Positions 17,959-26,186 of a stretch of 64,000 nt of DNA are shown one piece after another. The DNA is from a virus. The notes beneath the pieces are model-generated. The model saw nothing but the letters and a program-made list of their open reading frames with translations, was not told where the DNA came from and ran no database searches. Position numbers and translations under genes: made by a program. The stretch lies in IMG/VR virus record IMGVR_UViG_3300038443_001578, positions 1 through 64,000 of that record; one strand, written 5' to 3'. How positions within the stretch are numbered: the first letter of the stretch is position 1; each line of letters begins with the position of its first letter.

Positions 17959-19055
17959 AAAAGCAGTATGTGAAAGACCTCGCACCGGGGCACTGCGTTA
18001 ACGACCTGTTTGCCGTAGTCGATTGGAGTTTGAAGCAGGGCGCACGCGGTCCTTACATCGCGTGCGTCCTACAGGACAAGACCGGCCAGGTCGACGGGAA
18101 AATCTGGCAGCCGTCCAAGTACTTCCAGCAGATTACCAAAGTCGACAAGGTGCTCCTCGTTTCCGGTCAGGTCGACGCTTTTAATGGCAAGCCTCAGATT
18201 ATCATTGATGCTGTGAGCGGATGGGACGACGGACTCGACCTTGACGAGAGCGACTTCGAACCGGTGGCGCCGATACCGTTCGAGACGCTCTCCGGGATGT
18301 TAGACGATTTTATAGCCCTCGTCGACAACGAGCACCTGAAGCATCTCCTGCACGCGGTCTTCGACGACCCGGAGATCCGGGGTCGATTCGATATCTGGCC
18401 GGCGGCTCGCTCGTTTCACCATGCCGTGCGGCACGGGCTCTTGCAGCATACAATCGAGGTTACCGATCTCGCAATGATGATCGCGAACTCGAATTCCACG
18501 TGGTATTACCAAACGCACGCGGACACCGATCTCGCCATAGCCGGCGCGCTCCTTCACGATATCGGCAAGATCCGGGAGTACCAAAGCGAGGGCCTTGGTC
18601 GGTTTACGACTTCTTCAGAAGGACTTCTTGGTCATATCGCCACCGGTATGGCAATCGTCAATCAGAAGATCCAAGAGGTCGAAGGCTTCCCGACACGGCT
18701 GGCCGAAGAAGTCCTCCACATTATCGCTTCCCATCACGGTGTGCCGGAATGGGGAGCCCTCCTTCCACCGGCAACTCCGGAGGCCGTCATCGTTCACCTT
18801 GCCGATCTTGCCTCTGCGCGGCTCTATATGCAGCAGCAGGCTCGCGCTGATGCGGCGCAAGGCGATGTATGGTCAGCGAGACGGGTTGGCGACGGATATG
18901 TCTATGTCGGTCCGCGCGGGACTGTCGGGAATTCCCTCGTTCCGGTCGATGACGAGCCAATACTGCCGGAAGCCAATACGGCCGCTTCGTACACGCCTGG
19001 TGCGTTCGCCGGTGCGTTGCTTGGCGGCCCCACGGCGAGCGGCAAGCTCTTCTAA
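17955..19055 (+). CDS. YhaM-like OB-fold/HD-domain 3'-5' exonuclease
   Basis: LQDKTG OB fold; PAARSFHHA, LLHDIGK, LGHI, IASHHG, HLAD. Confidence 0.88.
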   Translation: MKKQYVKDLAPGHCVNDLFAVVDWSLKQGARGPYIACVLQDKTGQVDGKIWQPSKYFQQITKVDKVLLVSGQVDAFNGKPQIIIDAVSGWDDGLDLDESDFEPVAPIPFETLSGMLDDFIALVDNEHLKHLLHAVFDDPEIRGRFDIWPAARSFHHAVRHGLLQHTIEVTDLAMMIANSNSTWYYQTHADTDLAIAGALLHDIGKIREYQSEGLGRFTTSSEGLLGHIATGMAIVNQKIQEVEGFPTRLAEEVLHIIASHHGVPEWGALLPPATPEAVIVHLADLASARLYMQQQARADAAQGDVWSARRVGDGYVYVGPRGTVGNSLVPVDDEPILPEANTAASYTPGAFAGALLGGPTASGKLF

Positions 19056-19066
19056 GGAGGTCACCC

Positions 19067-19423
19067 ATGCTGCAGCCACGTGCTCATGTCAAGACCTACG
19101 AAGACACGGCCCTCGATATCGACTACAAGCTCGCCGAGTACACACGGCTCCCGCTTCGGCTCATTCAGGATATGCGCCAGGACAAAGAACGCCGCGACGC
19201 CTATCGTGCACTGATCGAGGAGTACGACGAGTTCATCCGGGAGGCACCCGCGATAGCGGACGATCAGGGCAGCATCTTCGCGGCCCTTTGGGATTCGATC
19301 ATCGCGACACGCGGACGTGCACTTCTTGGCATACTAACCGCCGTCCTCGTCGCCTACGGCGCGTACATCGCCCTCTACGGTTTGGGTTCGGCAATACCGG
19401 CCCATCTCTCACCCCATCAATAA
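19067..19423 (+). CDS. Hypothetical protein with C-terminal TM helix
   Basis: AAGGAGG RBS; hydrophobic C-terminus. Confidence 0.65.
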   Translation: MLQPRAHVKTYEDTALDIDYKLAEYTRLPLRLIQDMRQDKERRDAYRALIEEYDEFIREAPAIADDQGSIFAALWDSIIATRGRALLGILTAVLVAYGAYIALYGLGSAIPAHLSPHQ

Positions 19424-19437
19424 GGAGCATCGACTTC

Positions 19438-20421
19438 ATGGCTTATGAGTTTTCGGAAAATGTCCGTCGGGTCGTCGAGGAGCTCGTGCGCACGCCAGCG
19501 CACGAGCGATTCATCAAGGAGCGCGTCCATCTGGAGCTTGTGTTCACAAGCAAGGAATCGAAGTCCAACCTCAAGGGCTGCGACGTCAAGGTCTTCAAGA
19601 ACCTGCCGGCGTTCCTGGCCGGCAAGCCCAAAACGCAGCAGTTCTTCGATCCGCTAACGTTCGTCTGTCCGCTCTGCCTCAACTGGCATGAGGAGGCCGA
19701 GCGCAACGCGCTCGAAGTCGGCGACAAGACGCTCTCAGTCTGCAACAAGGATTTCAACATCATCAAGGACCAGGACCTGGATGACACTACGGCTCGGGCG
19801 CGCATCATGACGAAGCTTGCGCAAGCGGAGAAGCTGGAGAAGCATGGACCGCCGGACAATCCGGGACTCTTTGTCCTGACATTCGAAAAGGCTGCCTGGG
19901 AGCGATGGTCGCCCGAAAAGCGCCGGGCACGTGTCGACCACTGTTTGACGCGCTGCGTGATCAATAAGGACGTCAAGAAGGGCGGCCTCAAGCTCTCGCT
20001 TCGCAAGTACGACATCCAGGAGTACGCGGAGGTCTACGAGCGCAACGGCCTGTACCAGGACGAATTCGGCAAGCGGATCGAGAAGGCGGCGATCGACCAC
20101 CGGCAGGCAACACTATTCGACCAGGCCGAACAGAGCGAGGAAGAGGATGAAGATACCGGCCCGTCGGTCTGGTCGAATACCGTCCCTTACAATATTGGCG
20201 ACGTCGTGCTCGATTCTGAAGGGCGCCGCTATTGCTCCGTCTCCTCGAACAACCTCGGATTCGATCCGTTCACCAATACGACGTACTGGCGGCTCGAGGA
20301 AGAGCAGCAGCCGGGGGTCGACGAGGAAGAGAAGGCCAGTCCCGATCGCCCACAACTCTCCGTTGTCGAGGGCGCGAACCGCCGCACCCGACAGCCCAAA
20401 GGCGAGGCCCAAGCCGCCTGA
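19438..20421 (+). CDS. Degenerate phage metallopeptidase-like protein with Zn ribbon and CBM5/12-like domain
   Basis: VDHCLTRC...YDIQEY..VYERNG; CPLC..C insert; WSNTVPYNIGDVV...YW. Confidence 0.65.
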   Translation: MAYEFSENVRRVVEELVRTPAHERFIKERVHLELVFTSKESKSNLKGCDVKVFKNLPAFLAGKPKTQQFFDPLTFVCPLCLNWHEEAERNALEVGDKTLSVCNKDFNIIKDQDLDDTTARARIMTKLAQAEKLEKHGPPDNPGLFVLTFEKAAWERWSPEKRRARVDHCLTRCVINKDVKKGGLKLSLRKYDIQEYAEVYERNGLYQDEFGKRIEKAAIDHRQATLFDQAEQSEEEDEDTGPSVWSNTVPYNIGDVVLDSEGRRYCSVSSNNLGFDPFTNTTYWRLEEEQQPGVDEEEKASPDRPQLSVVEGANRRTRQPKGEAQAA

Positions 20422-20429
20422 GATTAGCT

Positions 20430-20768
20430 ATGGAACAACTCGGATTTGATCTGTTTGCAGAGGAGGCGGGGAACGAGACACCACCGCCTCCCGCCCGACC
20501 TAAAGCCCAAGCGCCCGACGGATGGTATGTCGTCGACGGATGGATTAAGCGCAACCCCAAGCTGCGCGAGGAGCTTGTCGGTATCCCGACGATCATGCGC
20601 ATTCCCGACGATGGGATGGCTTATACCGACGCGCAGTTCCGCGTTCGCAACGAGTGGACCATCTACTTCAAGGGCTTCGGAATTACGACTTTCCGCAAAG
20701 AGGGCACGACAACGCTGGAGACCGCTTACGGTCTCGCGTTGATCGGCGCGTTAAAGGTGATCGAGTGA
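20430..20768 (+). CDS. Hypothetical protein
   Basis: Operon position, MEQLGFDLF start. Confidence 0.6.
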   Translation: MEQLGFDLFAEEAGNETPPPPARPKAQAPDGWYVVDGWIKRNPKLREELVGIPTIMRIPDDGMAYTDAQFRVRNEWTIYFKGFGITTFRKEGTTTLETAYGLALIGALKVIE

Positions 20769-22432
20769 TGGATGGTATCTTCGGCTTTCAATTCTACCCA
20801 ACGCCGCCCGCGCTCGTTGAACAACTACTGCGCGGTATCAATTGGCTTAAGGTCGCCACAGCTCTCGAACCTGAAGCGGGCAAGGGCGACATCGCGAATG
20901 TTGTCGCCAACGAGATCCGCTCGACCTGTGGCTACCACAAGCAGAAGTCATGGACGCCTGACGTCGATTGTATCGAGATCGACCCTAACCTGCGCTCCGT
21001 CCTCAACGGTCTCGGACTCCGGGTCGTTCACGATGATTTCCTCACGTTCCGGTCGTGGAAGCGATACGATCTGATTGCCATGAACCCGCCATTTGCAGAG
21101 GGTGACAAGCACCTGTTGAAAGCGCTGGAGATGCAGCGAGACGGCGGCATGATTCGGTGCATTCTGAATGCCGAGACTCTCCGCAACCCCTACACCCGAA
21201 CGCGCCAGGATCTTGCGCGAAGGTTGGAGGAGACTGGCGCTGACATCGAGTTCCTCCGTGCGGGTTTTGTCGATGGCGAACGCCCCACCGACGTCGAGGT
21301 CGCGATAGTCCGTGTCGACATTCCGCAGCGAGAGAAGCCCAGCATCATTCTCGACGATCTTCGGAAGGCGGCCGAGGTCAAGGACGACATCGACGTCACT
21401 ATTGGCGAGATGGTCGACTCCGATCCTATCCGGGCTCTGATTTCCTCGTACGAATTCGAAGTTCAAGCCGGCCTTGCGCTGATCCACGAATTCCAGCGGG
21501 TCGACAGATTGATGCGTAAACCGATCGGGCCGAACGAAGAGCGCGGATGGGGCTGCCTCAACCTTACGCTTGGGCGTCTCTCACACAACGCAACGACGGC
21601 AACGCCAAACGAGTTGATCAGCGAGACCCGGCGCAAGTACTGGACGGCTTTGTTCGCCCACCCGAAGTTTACAGGTGTTCTCACTTCTGAACTCCGCAAG
21701 GATTACCTCGCGAGGGTCGATATGTTGGTCGACTATGACTTCTCAGCGTTCAATATCTGGACGATCCGCGCCCAGTTCATGGATAAGGTTATCGGCGGCA
21801 TCGACAAGGCCATCCTCGACCTATTCGAGCGACTCAGTCACGAGAACGCCTGGGATAAGGATTCCAAGAACATCCACTATTACAACGGTTGGAAGACGAA
21901 CAAGTCATGGAAGATCAACGAGAAGGTCATCCGCCCCAACTATGTGGTTCGCAAAGACCAGTATATGGAAGAGGTTCGCTTCCGAAGCTATGGAAATGAA
22001 GCCGATGAGCTCTCCGATATCGAGAAGGTCTTCCGGTACCTCGACGGTAAGCCGATCGCAGACGGGAGCGCCATCAAGACGATTGCGGACGCCGTCGAGC
22101 ATGGCCAGCTTCGGAGTATAGAGACTACCTACTTCACGGTCACGTTCTATCTCAAGGGGACGTGCCACATCAAGTTCACCAAGCCTGATCTCCTCAAGAA
22201 GTTCAACATTTATGGCGCCCGGAATCGGAAGTGGCTGCCGCCGTCCTACGGCAAGGCAACCTATGCCGATATGGCCCCTGAGGAACGAGCGGTCGTCGAC
22301 GATTTTGAAGGCGAGCACGAGTATGCGCGAACGATGGCGCGGCGTGACTTTTTCCTTGCTGGTCCGGAGCAGATGCTTGGGATGACCTCTACGTTCCAGG
22401 CGCTGCCGATGCCGGCGGAGGTGGCGGCGTGA
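20768..22432 (+). CDS. DUF4942-containing DNA methyltransferase
   Basis: QFYPTP, LEPEAGKG, MNPPF, GWKTN, FYLKGTCHIKF. Confidence 0.88.
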   Translation: MDGIFGFQFYPTPPALVEQLLRGINWLKVATALEPEAGKGDIANVVANEIRSTCGYHKQKSWTPDVDCIEIDPNLRSVLNGLGLRVVHDDFLTFRSWKRYDLIAMNPPFAEGDKHLLKALEMQRDGGMIRCILNAETLRNPYTRTRQDLARRLEETGADIEFLRAGFVDGERPTDVEVAIVRVDIPQREKPSIILDDLRKAAEVKDDIDVTIGEMVDSDPIRALISSYEFEVQAGLALIHEFQRVDRLMRKPIGPNEERGWGCLNLTLGRLSHNATTATPNELISETRRKYWTALFAHPKFTGVLTSELRKDYLARVDMLVDYDFSAFNIWTIRAQFMDKVIGGIDKAILDLFERLSHENAWDKDSKNIHYYNGWKTNKSWKINEKVIRPNYVVRKDQYMEEVRFRSYGNEADELSDIEKVFRYLDGKPIADGSAIKTIADAVEHGQLRSIETTYFTVTFYLKGTCHIKFTKPDLLKKFNIYGARNRKWLPPSYGKATYADMAPEERAVVDDFEGEHEYARTMARRDFFLAGPEQMLGMTSTFQALPMPAEVAA

Positions 22433-23055
22433 GCATGCGACTGTTCGACGTCGAGCCTCAGCCTCTTCCCAAGAGGGTCGGCCTCAAGACAACTGAGCGT
22501 ATGACAGCGTCGCGCCGGGGAAGCAATGACGATGATTTCTATCCGACCGATCCTTTCGCCACGCGTGCTCTATGTGAACGGGAGTCGCTGCAGGGGGTCG
22601 TGTGGGAATGCGCTTGCGGCGACGGGCGTATGTCGCGGGTCATAGAACAGCACGGCCAAGGCGTTACGGCTGTGGTTTCCAGCGACAAGTTCGATCGCGG
22701 ATATGGCGATGTAGAAGTCGACTTCCTCGCGGTCGATCCGGCCCAGTACGGGCAAATCAATCATATCGTCACCAACCCTCCCTACAACGTAGCGGAGCAA
22801 TTCATCTGGCGCGCATTGGAGATCGTTGACGGCAAAGTCTGCATGCTTCTCCGGACAAACTTCCTTGAGTCGGAACGGCGATACCGGCTCTTCACAACAA
22901 CGCCTTTCGCCGGAATCTATCAGTTCAGCCGGCGGATTCAGATGTTTCGAAATGGACACGACACCGGCGGAAGCGGAATGATCGCCTTCGCTTGGTTCGT
23001 GTGGGATAAGGCGCGGCCGGCAGATGTCGAGCCGTGGATAAGGCACATACCATGA
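22429..23055 (+). CDS. Phage amino-DNA methyltransferase
   Basis: DFYPT, WECACGDG, TNPPY, AWFVW. Confidence 0.88.
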   Translation: MSMRLFDVEPQPLPKRVGLKTTERMTASRRGSNDDDFYPTDPFATRALCERESLQGVVWECACGDGRMSRVIEQHGQGVTAVVSSDKFDRGYGDVEVDFLAVDPAQYGQINHIVTNPPYNVAEQFIWRALEIVDGKVCMLLRTNFLESERRYRLFTTTPFAGIYQFSRRIQMFRNGHDTGGSGMIAFAWFVWDKARPADVEPWIRHIP

Positions 23056-23702
23056 AGATTCTCGCACTTGATCAGGCGACCAAGACCGGCCTCTGCCGCG
23101 TCTTCGTTGACGATTCCGGCAAAGCGCATTATGAAACCGATGTCTTATATCCTCCGGTCGACAAGCGCGACGGTGATGATCGGCTGGAATGGTACGACCT
23201 CGCCGTCTCCGAAGAGCTTATCCGCGGCGTGAAGCTGCTCGTACTCGAAGGTTATAGCTACGGCTCCATGGGCGGCTTCGCATCCCACCGCAACCCGGAA
23301 ACTCAGATGGAGCTCGGTGGCGTGATCAAACTCGCGGCCAAGAAGCGACGCGTGCAGCGCCTGATCGTCAGTCCTCAAGCAATCAAGAAGTGGGCGCTCG
23401 GGGATGGCTGGAATTCTCTGTTCCCCGAGCTCAAGGGCGAGAAAAAGCGCAAGGCCATGAAAGCCGCAATCGTCGACGCCGTCAATGAAGAGCTTGGCCT
23501 CAGCTTGCTCTATAGCCAGGACGACCAGGCCGACGCCGCAGTCCTCGCGATGATCGGCTATCACTACGTCGCCGAAACGCCTCTCTTGCCGCGCCATCGT
23601 GACGAGGTCTTAATGACGTTGCGCGGCAAGAAATGGACGCGCAAGAAGACGTCCTCGATGAAAGCAAAAACGCAGCCGTCCCTGCTCGACGCGGCCGCAT
23701 AG
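23052..23702 (+). CDS. RuvC-like Holliday junction resolvase
   Basis: ILALDQATKTG, VLEG, ELGG, PQAIKKWA, DDQADA. Confidence 0.8.
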   Translation: MKILALDQATKTGLCRVFVDDSGKAHYETDVLYPPVDKRDGDDRLEWYDLAVSEELIRGVKLLVLEGYSYGSMGGFASHRNPETQMELGGVIKLAAKKRRVQRLIVSPQAIKKWALGDGWNSLFPELKGEKKRKAMKAAIVDAVNEELGLSLLYSQDDQADAAVLAMIGYHYVAETPLLPRHRDEVLMTLRGKKWTRKKTSSMKAKTQPSLLDAAA

Positions 23703-23712
23703 GAGACTCTCG

Positions 23713-24450
23713 ATGAAGGAACGACCGATTTTAATGCGCGGCCCGCTGGTTTGCGCGACGATCGCCGGCCACAAAACGGTCACACGCCGCCTCGACGGAC
23801 TGGACGACGTCAATGTTTGGCCGGATGCATGGAAGCTTGGTGAGAGCGGTGTCGCCGACGGCGAGCACTGGCAAACGCTCGTCGATAAAGAGGACCCCGA
23901 CCTCATAGTTAACGTCCGCTCGGGCCAGGGCGCGCCCGGCGACCGTCTCTGGGTGCGCGAAACCTGGGCGGTCGGTGCATGCGCCGATTCGCTGTTGCCG
24001 GCCGAATTGCACCCTGGAACATGGCTGAACGACAACGGCGGCCTCTGGTATCCCGCCGACAACACGGAGCCGAAGCATCCGATCTCGCCGCGGGGAAAGA
24101 CGCGTGTGTCTATCCACATGCCACGTTGGGCGTCTCGGGTTTCACTGGAAGTCGTGTCGATCAGATATGAGCGCCTAAGCTCGATTACGGCGGACGACGC
24201 GTTGGCAGAAGGCATCACCATCCCCACGAATGAAAAGGGCGAGTGGTTGGTTGAACTCGCCGGGAGCAAGTACCCGGCGATCAACTACATCCCGCACCGG
24301 ACTGATCGTTCGGAAATATCCCTGCGCGACGACATTGCCCGCGCCTACTTTGCGTCGTTATGGGACGGCATCAACGCCGAGCGCGGCTATGGGTGGGATG
24401 TAGATCCTTGGGTGCGGCGAGTCGAGTTTAAACTCAAGGAGGGCAAGTAG
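23713..24450 (+). CDS. ASCH/PUA-like phage protein
   Basis: MKERPIL, KTVTRR, GDRLWVRETW, SIHMPRWASR, PWV..VEF. Confidence 0.8.
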   Translation: MKERPILMRGPLVCATIAGHKTVTRRLDGLDDVNVWPDAWKLGESGVADGEHWQTLVDKEDPDLIVNVRSGQGAPGDRLWVRETWAVGACADSLLPAELHPGTWLNDNGGLWYPADNTEPKHPISPRGKTRVSIHMPRWASRVSLEVVSIRYERLSSITADDALAEGITIPTNEKGEWLVELAGSKYPAINYIPHRTDRSEISLRDDIARAYFASLWDGINAERGYGWDVDPWVRRVEFKLKEGK

Positions 24451-25407
24451 ATGGGCAAGGACAGCAAAATCGAGTGGACGCACCACACGTTCAATCCGTG
24501 GTGGGGCTGCACCAAGGTCGACCCAAAGTGCGCGAACTGCTACGCACTCGCGTTATCGACGCGCTACGGCCACAACGTATGGGGACCGACGGCAGCGCGC
24601 CGTCAGATGTCGGCCGATCATTGGAAACAACCGCTGGCATGGAACGCAGCAGCCGCAAAAGCTGGTGAGCATCATCGGGTGTTTTGTGCCTCGATGGCCG
24701 ATGTGTTCGAAGGGCCGGAAACCTGCCAGAATGCGGACGCGTACGCAATGATCCAGCGGGAACGGCTGCGACTGTTCGATATCATCCGGCAGACACCGAA
24801 CCTCGATTGGCTACTGTTGACGAAGAGGCCGGAGAACGTACTGCCGATGATCAATGAAGCAGCCAGAAAGATTGCGCAGACATGCATCGAGGACGCAAGC
24901 GCGAAAGCGCGTATCGGTGACCTTGGCAACTGGCTTGATGACTGGTGGAATGAAATGCCACCTGCGAATGTCTGGATCGGCACGAGCAACGAGCAGGATT
25001 CACAGATCCTCGCCGAGATTCCCGCTGTTGTCCATTTTCTCTCGATTGAGCCGCTCCTCGGCGACCCTGGCACAATCGATCTTCGCGGTATCGATTGGGT
25101 GATAACCGGCGGTGAGAGCGGTCCAGGCGCACGGCCAATGCACCCTGATTGGGCGCGATCGGTGCGCGACCAGTGCGTCGACGCCGGCGTTTCATTCTTC
25201 TTCAAGCAGTGGGGCGAATGGTCTCCAGGAATAGAGAACGAGTTTAGGGCTTCGCAGGTTGGCATTGATCCGTCGGGGAGCGTGCACTCGTTGCGCTCCG
25301 TGGGCCTTTGGCCCAGTGGTACGCAGCGGATGTTCCGCATCGGTAAGAAGGAAGCTGGCCGTTTCCTTGATGGACGGACGTGGGACCAGATCCCGGAGGT
25401 GCGCTGA
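24451..25407 (+). CDS. DUF5131 (Gp37/Gp68) family protein
   Basis: IEWT, NPWWGCTKV..CANCYA, SMADVF, LLTKRP, GGESG, FFKQWG. Confidence 0.92.
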   Translation: MGKDSKIEWTHHTFNPWWGCTKVDPKCANCYALALSTRYGHNVWGPTAARRQMSADHWKQPLAWNAAAAKAGEHHRVFCASMADVFEGPETCQNADAYAMIQRERLRLFDIIRQTPNLDWLLLTKRPENVLPMINEAARKIAQTCIEDASAKARIGDLGNWLDDWWNEMPPANVWIGTSNEQDSQILAEIPAVVHFLSIEPLLGDPGTIDLRGIDWVITGGESGPGARPMHPDWARSVRDQCVDAGVSFFFKQWGEWSPGIENEFRASQVGIDPSGSVHSLRSVGLWPSGTQRMFRIGKKEAGRFLDGRTWDQIPEVR

Positions 25408-26042
25408 TGGCCGACTGGGTCACCCTCAAGAACAAGCTCGGCCTCACCCTGCGGCCGATCGATCAGTGGCCGGGCAAGCTCACATACGCCCGCGCTACGT
25501 CGCCGTACTCGGCCAAGATCAATGACACGCTCAACGTGCTCCAGCGCGAGCTGCGGGAGCTTCGCGCGAAGAACATCGTTCTCGAGATCGCTATCCGCGA
25601 AAAGGATCTTCGGCTGGACGGGCTGCCGCGGGCCGGCGCGCTCGCCTCGCATCCTGGCATCATCCTGTCGTTCGAAAGCAAGCATGGTCCGCTCAGGCTA
25701 CCGTTTGACGGCTTCCGAAACTGGGAGCACAACTTGCGCGCGATCGCGATGCATCTCGAGCATTTACGTCTTGCTGGCCTGTACGGCGTCGGCCACGACG
25801 GGGAGCAGTATCGCGGTTGGGCGGCATTGCCGGCGCCCGAAAAGAAGTCGCCGGAGCGCGAAGCGGCCGAATGGATCGCCTCAAGGCTCGACGGCCTCAA
25901 AGTGGAGGATGTGCTGGCTCGGAAAGTCGATGTCGAGAAGATTTTACGCGCGCTTTACCGTAGGCTGCATCCCGACGTCGTCGGCGGCTCGCATGAAGAT
26001 TTCATCCGGCTGCAAGAGTACGTCGAGATCCTGAAGTGGTAG
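25407..26042 (+). CDS. J-domain-containing phage protein
   Basis: C-terminal YRRLHPDVVGGS (HPD); NLRAIA..LE.LR...YG. Confidence 0.8.
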   Translation: MADWVTLKNKLGLTLRPIDQWPGKLTYARATSPYSAKINDTLNVLQRELRELRAKNIVLEIAIREKDLRLDGLPRAGALASHPGIILSFESKHGPLRLPFDGFRNWEHNLRAIAMHLEHLRLAGLYGVGHDGEQYRGWAALPAPEKKSPEREAAEWIASRLDGLKVEDVLARKVDVEKILRALYRRLHPDVVGGSHEDFIRLQEYVEILKW

Positions 26043-26186
26043 CACTGGCACGTTAGCTCACCGTCGGGTAAGCTGAAAGCCAGACCGGTTTGTCGCGATC
26101 GTCGATTGGGGTAAAAGGGGAGTTTTTTTTGCCCTCAGTTTATGGCTCGATATACATAAAATCAATCAGCCTAGATTTGTAACTTT

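Noticed and set aside
18595-19437. N-terminal part of the 608-aa ORF
   Set aside because: Overlaps YhaM and the 19067 gene; real start is at 19438 after AAGGAG.
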